Positions 1 through 13,107 of a stretch of DNA of 64,000 nucleotides are shown here, piece after piece. Position numbers and translations under genes: made by a program. Position 1 is the stretch's first letter; the number at the start of each line of letters is the position of its first letter. This stretch comes from Octopus sinensis (taxonomy: Eukaryota). The notes under the pieces were generated by a model. It was not told where the DNA came from. It did no database searches and saw only the letters and a program-made list of their open reading frames with translations. The stretch is taken from assembly GCF_006345805.1 (NCBI RefSeq), contig NC_043009.1, positions 35,278,001-35,342,000 of the forward strand, in the 5' to 3' direction.

Positions 1-950
1 GCTTTCAATGTTTAGTGGGTGTTTTTGATCGCTAAACAATCACATTTAGAGACGAAGTATCAAAATTATTGTTCAAATATTCACAGAAATTCATTTGAGC
101 ACATATTTGGATATTCTTGTTGACATAATCTCCGCTTTTCTAACATGAACTAGCCACGTGAAGTACTGTTGCATTTCATGAACATTTCAAGTATTGGTTT
201 CAAGGGGATTATATTTTGTTTCTTATACTTATCCGTTTATTCAGTTTTACAGACAACTGGAATTACTTAAGGAACGCCTGTATAAATTCTTCAATAGATT
301 CAGCCTCTCCATTACTACAGAGAATGAAAACTACTCCATCAACAACTTAGACATTAACTGTGGTTTAAATACGGGTTTACACCAAACGTATATGAAACCT
401 AACTGTAGCCTTAAGTGTATAAACTGTCAAAGTATCCATCCACAATCGGCAAAAAGGGCTTCAATTAGAAGCATCAGGAAAATAATTTCCTTTCTCTCAT
501 ATAACGTTGACATATTTCATAGCCATAAGGATAAGTACGATAAGGCACTTATGGAGGCAGGCTATAGAGGTAGAATTAAATATATCCCACACGAGCATGT
601 AATAGATAGTAATAACAACGAAAATACCAACCGCAACATTACAGCGCATGACCATACACACAAGCAAGGCAAACATGCACAGGTAGCAAAAGCAATTGAC
701 ACTAATATGACAAAATTTAGTAACTGCATGAATAATTAGAAAAAGAATAGCAACATACTAGGTAGAACTACAAAGTCAATATACGCAGGAAAAGTAATAT
801 CAGTAAGTACACCACCCACGAAAAAACCTCTGGCAAATCGGGAGATAATATCTGGTGTATAATCCCTGTTGCAATGCAAATAAGTACGAACTTAGCTAAG
901 CAGTAATTGAGTGTCGTAAATAGACACTTTGATAAGAATAATAGGTATTC
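1..950 (+). mobile_element. Penelope-like element remnant (RT C-terminal region and start of GIY-YIG endonuclease)
   Basis: ORF 194-739 reads YMKPN..CINCQSIHPQSAKRASIRSI..LSYN.DIF...Y.KALMEAGY, matching the PLE RT-thumb pattern Y.KP....S.HP...I....LS....F....Y..AL...GY. A degenerate GV..IPC.C..Y motif follows near 850-890. Confidence 0.75.
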
Positions 951-1219
951 TAGTCTTATAAGTGGTAGTACAATAAGGTTAGGTTATAGCCTTACACATA
1001 ATTTAGGGAACATAATATCCTCCCTGAATAATAAAAAAAATTGATACTTTCCACTGAAACGGAAACAAAAATAGTACCGATGGCGGTATTAGTAGAAATA
1101 ATAATAAACACTACCCTAACCTTTGTACATAATACTCTCAGAACCAAAATAATCACTTTAATCTCAATAAACATAATCCTACCCCGCTAGGAAGAACCCC
1201 ACCCCACCCCAGAATAACC

Positions 1220-2333
1220 TATGTCACAAACAATTTCAGGTCATCCATAAACAGATGTTGCAATGATAGACCTTTCTTCCCACATCTGTAAACTATCTAA
1301 CTTTCCTAAGTGTCATTTTTATGTGTATTGGTGCAATTACAAATAGTAACGGAGAAAACGAGTCACTTTAGAGGATGCTCCTTTTAATATTAACTTCTCC
1401 AGGGAATACATTACTTGAGTACAATTTGGTTTTCCACTCTTTCATGATATGCATCAGAAAATTTGTGATGTTCACAGCAACACCAAACATCTGCAGGCAT
1501 TCAACGATACAAGAATGAGGCATCATATCATCATATGACTTCTTAAAGTCAATCCAAGTCATAGACATGTTTGTATGATGATTTTTACAATGCCTCAACA
1601 ATTTTTTACCGATGACCAGGTGATCTTTGGTAACCTGAGAACTCTTCCTAAATCCTTTTTTTTCCTTGGTAGTATTTCTTCCTGTTTCAGTGAAGTATAT
1701 GTATTTGTTTCACATATTCCAGTGAGTGAGTGTCTTCGAGATTATGTTTAGGCATGTTATCGGGCTGTAGTTTCCCACAATATTCCCTTTCTTATATCTT
1801 TCATTATAAGTATTCTGCTCCCAATCACCATCAACACTGGGACTGTACCTTTCTGGACATACTCATTCAATTGCGCTGCTAGTCTTTCATGCAACGCTAG
1901 CATCTCTTCAGCCAAATGCCATGAATCTCATCTGGTCCGGGGGCTGTCCAGGTAAGCACTTTAACCACTTGTTCTTTCACGTCAACCGTGCTTATGACAA
2001 TATTCCTTTGTTTCTTTCCTTCTTGTAATTCTCTCTTGATAGTTCCTATCTAAGTTCCATCCTTTTTATGCACCACATCGTTTCCCAATAATCCGCTCCA
2101 GAACTCCTTGGCTTGATTTACATCAGGAACATTTTACCCATTGTCTCCTAACGTTCGGAAGAATTGTTTCGGGTTAGTTTTTAACAATCTGTTCTCCTCG
2201 AACAGCTTATTTCTGATCACAAATCTTCTGATCTACTGGCTTTTTGCCATGATTTACTGTTTTAACTGCTCTATTACTGAATCAAACGCGTTCTTCCGTA
2301 TTTTATCTTTCTCTAATTTTCTCGTCCACAGCT
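1220..2333 (-). mobile_element. R4/Dong-like (RLE-type) non-LTR retrotransposon RT remnant
   Basis: Minus-strand translation gives MTWIDFKKSYDDMMPHSCIVECLQMFGV...VNIKRSIL (ORF 1368-1601), SDSFSPLLFVIA and FMDDLKLF near 1230-1250, and the upstream motif PDVNQAKEFWSGL. It has stops and frameshifts. Confidence 0.8.
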
Positions 2334-2339
2334 GTTATC

Positions 2340-3270
2340 CTAATTCAGCAGATAACAGAGCAAGTGGACCAGCGACGAAAACAGGCTAGTGATACAGTGC
2401 TATTTGGAAAGTGAACCTAAAAGAAGGGGCTATAGAAATCGGATATTAACACTTTTGGTAGAGAAGGGCATGTTTAAAACGACTGAGCAGAGATTAGTTG
2501 ATCAAGGTAATGCTATTAGGAGAAGAAAGTGGATGACGAAATTGGAGGTAGAAGAGATCTCAAGAGAACTGGAAAAGGAAAACCAAGCAGAGAGAAAGAA
2601 AAAGAGTAACATAATAGATACGTTTCAAACTAAAGAAGAACCTAAAGAAAGAATAACAGTAGTGCTACCAATAAGGAAGGGACAACTGGCACCAACGACT
2701 TAAGCGATTTAATTGAGGAGGATCAGAAGAGTTTAGATGATTTGCGGGAAATAATGAGTAAATAAGTAAAGAAAAGGTTGCCAGCATTAAAAAACATCAA
2801 CAGAATGAAGCTACAAGAAATGATTTGGAAAGTAGATTCTGTCATCAGGAGGATAGATACTAAAAATATAGAAGACACTAACTTATTGAGTTATGCAGGA
2901 GGGGTAGTAGTCACCAGAAGATTAGATATCTCATAGGGATGTAATAAAACAGAGCAAATGTGGAAAAGGTGACTACAAAATAAAGAGAAGACTTTAAGAC
3001 AAGATTTGAGTTGAATAGAAGCCTGGAAACCAAACTGTGTATTATAGCAGTAGCAGGCAAGCTCTCAAGGTATCAGAAAAGAATAGATCAGTATCAAGAG
3101 AATAGATTATTTGAGATCGAGGAGAGGAGATTTTATAACCAAATAAATAGTGGAGAATGAAGTACTGAAGATGAGAAACCTAATGCAGAGGCAGCTACAA
3201 AGTTTTGGAATAATATTTGGGATACACCAGTCAATAATAATGGATATGCAGTATGGCTAAAGAAATATAG
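2340..3270 (+). mobile_element. R4/Dong-like LINE N-terminal remnant, back-to-back with the previous copy
   Basis: ORF 2389-2703 CYLESEPKRRGYRNRI...EQRLVDQGNAIRRRKWMTKLEVEEI is typical of the R4/Dong N-terminus. PNAEAATKFWNNIWD follows at about 3180-3225. Confidence 0.75.
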
Positions 3271-3449
3271 TGTATAAGATTGCTCGCTGCTAACTAGGAT
3301 ATATTTGGCCATAATGCTAGCTATTATAATGAAGTAGTTGCTAGCGCTGGTTATAAAGAGAAACAAGTACTTCTCCCTAAATATAATGATAGCAGTTATA
3401 ATCATACATCATCTGTCAGCAATAAAGTTAATAAAATTCATATTGGGTG

Positions 3450-4260
3450 CCCTCGGTATAAGCCCAAGCTAACTGTGAATAGCCCTAAAACCCGTTTCGA
3501 GAACAGCACAAAAGTAGAAACAAACATTGAATTGGCAGAATAAGCATTCAGTAGAACGCATGATGACGTTTGGGTGATTTGAGAAGCGATTAACATAAGT
3601 TAGATGCTGATTTGGCTTATGGAGAAACGTGTATTAAGGTCCAGCTTAACGTCTAGGAAGTGTAATAGTTTACAGTTTCATCAAATTTAACCGACAAACC
3701 TATATTCTTAAATTGTGCTAGAAATTCCTGCTTAGTTCCAACATAGTCACCATTACTGGAATTACATAAAGTAAGAAAAGTAATGTCCCTATAAAGACCA
3801 TATTCAAGATTATGAAATTCATCTTTAAAACAATATAATAAGTATATATCCACGAAATCAGTGAATTACGCAAAGTCATTACATTCCATGGAGATATCGA
3901 AGTTATTTTGCTTATGCTTAATGGTACACGACTTAACATTGAACGTAATAATTGTTTTCATGGTTGCTAGAATAATATCTAAATCAGCTTTGCTAAATTA
4001 GTTTTCGCCATAGCAAAGATAGCAGCCTTGTTTAGAATTATAGGAGAGATAGAAGTGTTATATTTATCAATAACAAATTGTAGAAACTTATCTTATTATT
4101 AATATTATGAAACTATATAATTATCTGTATAGTGCTAGAACACAAGCTATTGGATATTTTCATTATTTTTAGTTTAGGAATTATTCCATCTATAATACGT
4201 TTTCTTTTCTTACCAATACCTGACTTAGTTGGGCAGATTAATCTCTTTGTAAGAGAGGTT
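3450..4260 (-). mobile_element. Penelope-like element RT remnant
   Basis: Minus-strand motifs are RLICPTKSGIGK..KRIIDGI (cf. RLINPAKSEIG), SISPIILNKAAIFA, FDISMECNDFA*FTDFVDIY (cf. FDVTMGSYDGAEVCELVG) and GLYRDIT (cf. GLYRDDG). Confidence 0.75.
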
Positions 4261-4282
4261 CTGTTTGTCAACGGGTTATATG

Positions 4283-4405
4283 TACCACATTCACTCACAA
4301 GGCTCTGGTCGGCTGGGCACTATAGTAGAAGACACTTGCCCAAGCTGCAACTGAATCCGGAACGATGTCATTGGGGAGCAAACTTCATGCCACAGAGTCA
4401 GGTAT
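4283..4405 (-). mobile_element. tRNA-derived SINE, 5' fragment (family A)
   Basis: It is the reverse complement of the ...ttgggcaagtgtcttctactatag...gccgac...agccttgtgagtg block found in full at 12643 and 31662. Confidence 0.7.
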
Positions 4406-4409
4406 AGGC

Positions 4410-4443
<34 letters not shown>

Positions 4444-6095
4444 ATGTATGAATGTATGTATCTATTCATATGATCTGAATTATCTTGAATCGTTACTCTG
4501 ATTTTCAATAGCCTATTATTCAAACAATTAATCAAAGAGACATGACATGATAATAAATGTTTTGCAAACAACTTGAGCATGCAAGTGCTACAAGCCGAAT
4601 GCTCCGCATACCGGAAGCTATCATTGCGCACCGGTCCATCAACGGCATCATTGCGCACCGGTCCCCTCACTGGTATGAGGCCCTGCATGCTAGATCAACT
4701 GGTTATTAAATAAAGCTCAATATTCTTCTAGCCATCGCTCATCGTCGCGTTTTGACTAAATCCAGTCGTTAGCCTTTTCCACTGTAGTTTGGATATCGGT
4801 CATGGAAGCATTTACTTTACGATGAGTTTGGCCTAACGATAGCAACAGTTACTTCACACTGTCCAAGAAATCCTCTACAGAATATATATATATATATATA
4901 TATACATAGTATATCAATAAAGTTTATCGATGACACATATATGGTGTTTGCATTTTGTTTATACGTCCATTTGCAGCGGGATAGCACCTTTGGAAACGTC
5001 CCTTCACAGCGCCAAGTATTTGAACATTGAATGCCTCAGATGTGGCGAAGCAACTCAACCCGAACGAAGGTGAACGAAGACAGTGGATAGCGATATTTCG
5101 CTCTCGTTTTAGCACCTCGGTTATATATGTTCAACTCACCTGGAAACGCATAGTGTCGCCGGTCAGAGACATATATGCAAATAGTTTAAAGTATATTTGC
5201 TGATGTGATGTGGCGTAGCATATGTCAAAGAAAAATTTCAAATTAAAAGCAACTTTAATGATGTAAACCTTATTCATGACTCATCCATAATGCGTTTATA
5301 AGCTCTTAAGCTGCGACACATCCAAATATTAGTCACATAATAGTGTATAGGTGAATTTTTAGATTTAACTGTAGATAAGAATATACGCTATAAAAAGATT
5401 TGTTATTGGATATTGGATATGGAGATAATATATACGTACATAGATACTCGCATCTGTATTAGTCTTTGTACGTATGTCTAATGACAATTTGACTACATAT
5501 GGCAGAAGAAACGGTGTGAAATAATCTAGTAATAAAACTAAAACCTATAGCCTTTAGGCGAATAGTTCACTTAATCAATTTTGAACGTGTCATTTCTCCA
5601 AGTTATTAGATGAGATTAAGCAGATTATTTCAATAGCACCAACTCATTAAGAAAATACGTTAATTAGAAACACAACCTACCCAGCAAAGAATTTGTTACA
5701 CCTGATTCGACATCAAGGGAAAATTTCTTTCGATTCACCATAATAATATGTTCAGTGTTATCCTCGTTAGAAAACATTTTAAATGTTCACTCAATTAGTT
5801 ATCATTACCAAATTCCGATTTACCGCTATGAGATAATTTTTATTTAGAAATTGAATGATTTAAAATATCACAATCTAATATATTGAATTGTAACGTAGAA
5901 AGATCGATCATATGACATGTAGATTTGTGTAGAAAATGTTGGTGACTATGACATCTGTGCTTCACTACATTCAGTTTAAAAACTGCTATTTAGTACAAAA
6001 TGTTGCAAATGAAAGAACATACATACTCATGTATATACCTTTGTATGTACACACATACGTATACACACTCACGCACACACACCACACACACACAC

Positions 6096-6168
<73 letters not shown>

Positions 6169-6229
6169 ACAGCTTCTGTTCTGGAGTTAAGGTAGCCACC
6201 TGGCTCATGTGAGTTCATGATAATTATAA

Positions 6230-6914
6230 ATCTTTCTACCAAACACAATTTACACAGTCTTGTTCCATTACGATAAGACCCGCAAGGTTCCAATAATTTC
6301 CACCTGATGTTAAAGGCCGTATGATCGTCCTTTAGGTGCCTTACGTATGCTGCAAGTGTTGTTGTATTGTGTCTCTCCGGGACCCTGAAAGAATATCTGT
6401 GGTTGTTCAGGCGAATTTTAAATCTAGATTCACAAGATCAGACATAAATTTTAGTTTGTGTCCCAGTGTTGGCATTGCTATTATTGCTATTGTGCTGCTT
6501 CTGTTTGAGGCTACCTTTACTTGGTACACTGTAGCCTCGGTGTTACATCGGCCGTCCACTGGGCATTCATTTCTAATCCTGCATGAACAATCTGCCTCTA
6601 TCCGTGGCTTAGGAGTGCTAAGTAATTTATTCTGAATATTAGCTGCACAACTGAAAGATATTCTTAAGTTATGCCTGTTAAAGATCTTTCTATATTTGTG
6701 TTATCGCGTGAAATGCCTATCAACCAGCCTAAGAAAAATCTTATCTATGCATGTACGGACGTTTAGGGAGAAGGTGGGGAGCGAGCCATAAGGTTGCAGT
6801 AGTGTTTCCTTTTATAGTTACTTAATCCAGGTACACTTTCACTATTTCTTTATAAATCATAAGGTGAGATGTATTTCGTAACTCCATCATTGCCTCAAAG
6901 TGAACTACTTCCGA

Positions 6915-6954
<40 letters not shown>

Positions 6955-7377
6955 CCACTACTGCACTTCCTTTATCCGCTTCTTCGTTATTTCTTCATTG
7001 TTTTGTAGTTCACTTAGTTCCTTCCATTGGGTAGTGCTGACATTTGAAGTAATTTTGTGTTTGTGCAGGGCGTGGTTGGGGAAATTTTCGATGTGGTAAC
7101 AAAATTCATCGAGATTTTTTATATTTCTGTTTTTGTGGGGTATGTGTTCACTTCTGTTTTTGACTAGTAAATCATATTCGCTTTTATGATCAGCCAGTGC
7201 TTCTGTAAGCCTTAATTTCCTACAGAATTCTGAAACACTGCCCTTGATCTCATTTTGGCTAGCTCTGCATGGTGTGGGGGTAAATCTTAACCCTGTAAAT
7301 AGGATACCGATCTTTGTGGATGAGAGCGGCTTACATGACAGGTTAATTACCTTCGGTTTCTCTTGTGTATGAATTTC

Positions 7378-7385
<8 letters not shown>
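6230..7385 (-). mobile_element. Penelope-like sequence, probably one internally deleted element (N-terminal region plus GIY-YIG), interrupted by (TA)n
   Basis: 7385-6955 reads KVINLSCKPLS...LFTGLRFTPTP...EFCRKLRLTE and ADKGSAVV. 6700-6230 reads KIYV.SCESRFKIRLNNHRYSF...TTLAAYVRHLK...NIRWKLL...YRNGTRLCKLCLVE. Confidence 0.8.
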
Positions 7386-7425
<40 letters not shown>

Positions 7426-7501
7426 TAATATATATATAATCGAGTGAGAAAACAGTGAGTCGTAATGGATACAAATTAATTTATTAATTACTTAACACAT
7501 C

Positions 7502-7537
7502 CACCTACAATTGTTTCATTGGAAAATCATCAGGGTG
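7502..7537 (-). ncRNA. Minimal type I hammerhead ribozyme motif
   Basis: The minus strand reads CACC CTGATGA TTTTCCAAT GAAAC AATT GTA GGTG. Stem I is CACC/GGTG, the core is intact, stem III is the palindrome ACAATTGT and the triplet is GUA. It lies just upstream of the PLE ORF remnant on the same strand. Confidence 0.8.
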
Positions 7538-7643
7538 TAGAAAGGACAATACAAGGATTACATTATGATCAGTTTGGAATACTCAGAATACATAGTCATG
7601 TTTGTTTAGTTATATATATATATATGTATATATACATATATAC

Positions 7644-7815
<172 letters not shown>

Positions 7816-8209
7816 CAATTAATAGTAGGAGATGGATTTCATATTAGAATTGATGGACATATAACAACAAGCGAACCGACATAAAAAGTCTCTAATGAGT
7901 CTTCTTTAAGAGACCCAGACTGATAGGTTGAAACATAGTTGTACAGAATAAATGTCTAATACAAAATTCATTTCCAACTATTAATTAATACTATTATCCT
8001 AACTGCCACTGCGGAGTTCCAACGGAAGTGTACCACAACTGAAAATGACAAGAGGTAGTCTAAACTGTGCTGCTGCTCTACTCAACACTTAAACAACATT
8101 TAAACTAATCGAATTATAAGTACTTGTCCAAATTGAATACATATATATGTATATATATATATATTATATATATATCTATATATCTATATATATATATATA
8201 ATATATATA

Positions 8210-8243
<34 letters not shown>

Positions 8244-8244
<1 letters not shown>

Positions 8245-8620
8245 GTTCCATGTTCAGACCCACTGTGTGGCTCCTTCGGCAAGTGTCTTCTACTATATCT
8301 TTGGGCCGATCAAGGCCTTGTGTGGGGATTTGGTAGACGGAAACTGAAAGAAGACCGTCGTATATATCTATATATATATATGTGTGTGTGTTCGTGTGTG
8401 CATATATGTATATGCGTGTGTCTATGTCTGTGTTTGTCACCCCACCATCTCTTGACAACCGATGTTGGTGTGTTTACGTCTCCGTAACCGCGCGGTTCGG
8501 CAAAAGAGACCGATAGAGTAAGTACTAGGCTTACAAAGAATAAGTCCTAAGATCGATTTGTTCGACTGAAGGCGGTGATTCAGCATGGCCGCAGTTAAAT
8601 TGACTGAAATAAATAAAAGA
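8244..8620 (+). mobile_element. tRNA-derived SINE (family A), 5'-truncated
   Basis: It is colinear with the full copies at 12643 and 31662, including the gatttggtagacggaaactgaaagaa block, the internal TA/TG run and the 3' cagcatggccgcag...gactgaaa tail. Confidence 0.85.
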
Positions 8621-8687
8621 CAAAATATATGTATATACACATGCATCTCTCTTTCTTTTTCTCTCTCTCTCTCTCTCCCTCTCTCTC

Positions 8688-8728
<41 letters not shown>

Positions 8729-10956
8729 AAAGAGTTTGAAAGCTGGAGCAGAGAGAGGGAGAGAGAGAGAGAGAGAGAGAGACAGAGAAAGAAATTGAGA
8801 AAAATATATACCTGTAAGTGTATAATATATTAATTTCAACAATGCTTGTGAGTGTTCATTGTAGTGAACAAGGCAGTCGTCAGTTGAAATATAATAAAAA
8901 GGAAATGAAAATGAACGTCATCGGATGACGGACAGTAACTGATATGAATTCGGGGTAGTTTATTTAATCGATTGTCTTATATTTTTCATGAGTAATCGTA
9001 GTAAAGATTACTTCTATCATATCACTGCTGCTTGCTACAGACCAGTGGGAGAGAAGAGAAATCATTTTGTTTCAAGTTTGAAGTTAAATTTGACTTTTGA
9101 TTTTTAATTTCTTTGTACATGTGTTTCGGTTTTGTTTACCAAAGGATATCCATTTCTGGTTACAGTTTGTTATAAATCTTTCCTAGTATTCATAGAGAGA
9201 TGTACACTGAGGGTTTTTTGGTTCTTTTGGGGTTAGCTTTGATTGAATGAAAGACGAATAAGATAGATTTCAAAATATATTCCTCTTACGAAACAAAATG
9301 GGACGAACATAAAATTCTTGGAATGGATCTGAAATCGGAAGCGAATCACTGTGGCGTTTCACACCAGACTTATTATCTATTTTATGGAGTTTTCATTAGA
9401 TTCGTTATAGTTATATATCTAAATTGACTCCGAGGAATATATTTTATGTTCAAGTAATAACACATAATGCAGATGAAGAATAAATATGGGACTTTTCGGG
9501 AGTTAAAAAATCTTTATGTAAGAATTATTATTCTATGATACTGAATCACCCTTAGTCTTCATTTCGATGACTGATCTGACATTTACTGCCTGATTTGTTA
9601 ATGAAAATTATATCGGCTTATAGCCTCGAGTCAAGAGAACGGAAGTACCTTGCATGAAAATACTCATGCAAGGAAAATATTGTACATTAGTAAATCGATA
9701 AAGTTACTAAACATTCTACAGTAGAAATGTTGTAGGTGTTTGTGGCGGTGGTGGTGTCCATATGAATATGTGTTATTGAAACAAGAAAATAGGTGATGGG
9801 GATATGTGTGTATATATACGTGAGCGGAGGAGGGTCAATTCTGGTTATGCATGTATAAGCAAGGTGCTGGTTTGTGGATATACGTGAATAGTCGGGATGG
9901 TGTATGTGAGGGTCATTTTATCTAAGCAAAGACGAATACAGTTGTACTCTTGGAAGCTGTAGGGTTTCCCAAGCATAAAAGATGAGCATTATTTGTAATT
10001 CAATGGTACAGCAGTGTAACACTTTGCTTTGACATACACTTACAATGTGATTTCTGCAATGTTGTGCATAAATTGTCAAGTAAATGAGATGCATCTTTGC
10101 CTCCGCTGATTCAGTTGTAAAGTGTTGAGTAAAGTTATTTGATTACAGACCTCCTTTCAGTCTTTTTATTATCACTGGGTCACACATAGTCCCCAGATGG
10201 TAACATTGATTTCAAGGCCTTCCCAGATGAGTGACTGGTTATTCAAAGACATTTATAGATTGTAAATTTATTCTGTCCAGTTACGTATCACTATAGTGGT
10301 CATTTGAAAACTCCAGAGGTGACACTTTCATTTCTCCTTAGCCCTCACGTTACACAGTTGTTAATGTTTATTTCAGTTGGGTCACGCCCTTCCAATTGCT
10401 ATAGATTCGTAATGCAACTTACGGCTGTGCCTGTCACCTGGATGGTGAGGAATCCTACACTGGGAGTGGTAACGACAAGGGTAGGGTAACTGACTGCTTA
10501 TTGTGATCATTCATCTTTTGGTTTCCTGTAGCTTTGCTCTCTTTTACAAACCCAGTGAACATATATTTCATATTTCAAAGAATTTCAAACAATAGATATA
10601 AGACGCAAGTTAAAAACGTTCTCAACAATTCAACTTCTGTGTTTGACATTAAAACACCCACCCCGAACAGGGGCCTTAACTCTCACATTTTAGAGCTCCA
10701 TGACATTCATTTTTCAGGAGCAAAATCCTTTTAACAGGTACAATAGGACTAGAATTTTGGAATATGCGCATAAAAATCAATAGTATGGGATACATGTGGC
10801 ACGATTACAATTTGTTTAGGATGTGTAAAGAGGAAAATAACCCTCATCTGACATTTTTATGAAATTCGAAACATAGATATTCCAGTTCATTACAGAAAAT
10901 ATAACAGAAAATATAACTCTTCAATTGAATGTAACACGAGCAACGCCGGGTATCTC

Positions 10957-10998
<42 letters not shown>

Positions 10999-11067
10999 GG
11001 TCCCGGGTTGATTCGGGGTTAACCACAGTAAATAAGGTACTCAATACATAGCAGAGTAAAATTAATT

Positions 11068-11192
11068 TATTATATAGAAGGAGCTTCTACAGGACTAGAA
11101 CTGTTTCATTCAAGAGAAATCTTCAGGAGCTTCCTGAAGATTTCTCTTGAATGAAACAGTTCTAGTCCTGTAGAAGCTCCTTCTATATAATA
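11068..11192. repeat. Perfect fold-back palindrome, 61-bp arms with a 3-nt spacer (GCT)
   Basis: 11068-11128 is the exact reverse complement of 11132-11192. Confidence 0.95.
11126..11180 (+). ncRNA. Type I hammerhead ribozyme motif inside the palindrome
   Basis: GGAGCTTC CTGAAGA TTTC-TCTT-GAAT GAAACAG TTCTAGTC CTGTA GAAGCTCC. Stem I has 8 bp, stem III is ACAG/CTGT, the triplet is GUA, and stem II is TTC/GAA after a T-T mismatch. Confidence 0.8.
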
Positions 11193-11298
11193 TATATTAT
11201 ATATATATATTAATATATATATACACATCCATATATATATACATCTATATATATATATTATATATATATATATATATACACATCCATATATATACATC

Positions 11299-11332
<34 letters not shown>

Positions 11333-11807
11333 ATATATATATACACGTAAATTTAAATTTATATAAGGGTGAAAAATTGTATATTAACTTGGTTAATATG
11401 AATTGAAAACCAGTGGTGTAGCATATGAGACCATAGCAGATCTTCCAGCAGAATGGATGTCCACTGTTAATGGTTCATCCGTGTTATATAATAGTTTTAC
11501 TTTAGTAGTTTCAGTATAAAAGTGAAAGCATGTGACATTACAATAGAGAGATGGTTTTGTTTCACTTTTAACACATAATACTGAAATAGTGGAGAAGATA
11601 TGATATTGCTGTGGGCTCGCTCTAGGCAAAACGTTAAACAGTTTTTGCCCATGACACTACATGAACCCTAAATAAGGCATGTGTAAAATTTGAATGAAAT
11701 TGCTTTTGTAGTTCTCAAGTTTTAGGGATTCACACAGACAGACATACACACAATCTTAGTTTTATATATATATATATATAGATATATGTTCAAGCATTTA
11801 TATATAT

Positions 11808-12090
11808 GTGGAAGCGCAATGGCCCAGTGGTTACGGCAGCGGACTCGCGGTCGGAGGATCGAGGTTTCGATTCCCAGACCGGGCGTTTTGTGTATTTATT
11901 GAGCGAAAACACTTACAAGCCTCACGACCAAGGTGGTGGCGACGCCTGTTGTACTCTTTCGCCACAACTCTCTCTCTTTCTCTCTTCCTTTTTCTTAAGT
12001 AACCCTGTGATGGGGAACACATACGTCACAGAAACCGGAAAACCGAGCCCCATGAGCCTTGGCTACACTTGAAAAGGGCGACGTTTATCG
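11808..12090 (+). mobile_element. tRNA-derived SINE (family C)
   Basis: A-box TGGCCCAGTGG at 11820-11830 and B-box GGTTTCGATTCCC at 11863-11875 are followed by a non-tRNA body and a CT run. I could not close an acceptor stem, so it is not called a tRNA gene. Confidence 0.7.
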
Positions 12091-12524
12091 TTATTTATAT
12101 GTATAGAAATACAACAAAAATACAACAAATAGATATAAAATAAAACAACAGAGAATAGAAAATAAATAGGCATATTAATACACACATATAATTTCATGGT
12201 GATTGGTAATAAATACATGTAATTATCTGTGGTTAAAACGCATGCTAAAAATTTTATGAGAAAAAGTTTCAATATTAATACTAGGCCAGGAATAGCGGAA
12301 AGTAAATTTACATATAAGACTTAATGACATTAATGATATATAAAGGGGGAATATAAATTATGAATATTAAATCAGAATAATAATTAGGGAATAAAATGTA
12401 TTGTACATTTGGTAATAAAATAAAAAGTGTAAAAATGTATTACAAAAATTAGCACTATATATATATATAATATAAATAATATATAATGCATATATATATA
12501 TATATAATATAAATAATATATATA

Positions 12525-12575
<51 letters not shown>

Positions 12576-12587
12576 AATATATATATA

Positions 12588-12642
<55 letters not shown>

Positions 12643-13055
12643 GGCGCAGGAGTGGCTGTGTGGTAAGTAGCTTGCTAACCAACCACATGGTTCCGGGTTC
12701 AGTCCCACTGCGTGGCATCTTGGGCAAGTGTTTTCTGCTATAGCCCCGGGCCGACCAATGCCTTGTGAGTGGATTTGGTAGACGGAAACTGAAAGAAGCC
12801 TGTCGCATATATGTATATATATATATGTGTTTGTTTGTGTGTCTGTGTTTCTTCCCCTAGCATTGCTTGACAACCGATGCTGGTGTGTTTACGTCCCCGT
12901 CACTTAGCGGTTCGGCAAAAAAGAGACCGATAGAATAAGTACTGGGCTTACAAAGAATAAGTCCTGGGGTCGAGTTGCTCGATTAAAGGCGGTGCTCCAG
13001 CATGGCCGCAGTCAAATGACTGAAACAAGTAAAAAGAGAAAAAAGAGAAAGAGAA
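12643..13055 (+). mobile_element. tRNA-derived SINE (family A), full length
   Basis: The head ggcgcaggagtggctgtgtggtaag...ggttccgggttcagtccc has A/B-box-like motifs, followed by a conserved body and an A/G-rich tail. It is near-identical to 31662-32090. Confidence 0.9.
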
Positions 13056-13065
13056 TATGCATATA

Positions 13066-13107
<42 letters not shown>

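Noticed and set aside
1875-1915. CTGAAGA-GATGC...GCAT-GAAA on the minus strand
   Set aside because: It lies in RT coding sequence (WLKR...LHERL codons) and has no stem I, stem III or NUH triplet.
7888-7945. CTAATGA...GAAACATAGTT
   Set aside because: The core is mutated and stem II does not close next to GAAA.
11808-11885. tRNA gene
   Set aside because: A and B boxes are present but I found no acceptor-stem closure, and it continues into a SINE-like body.
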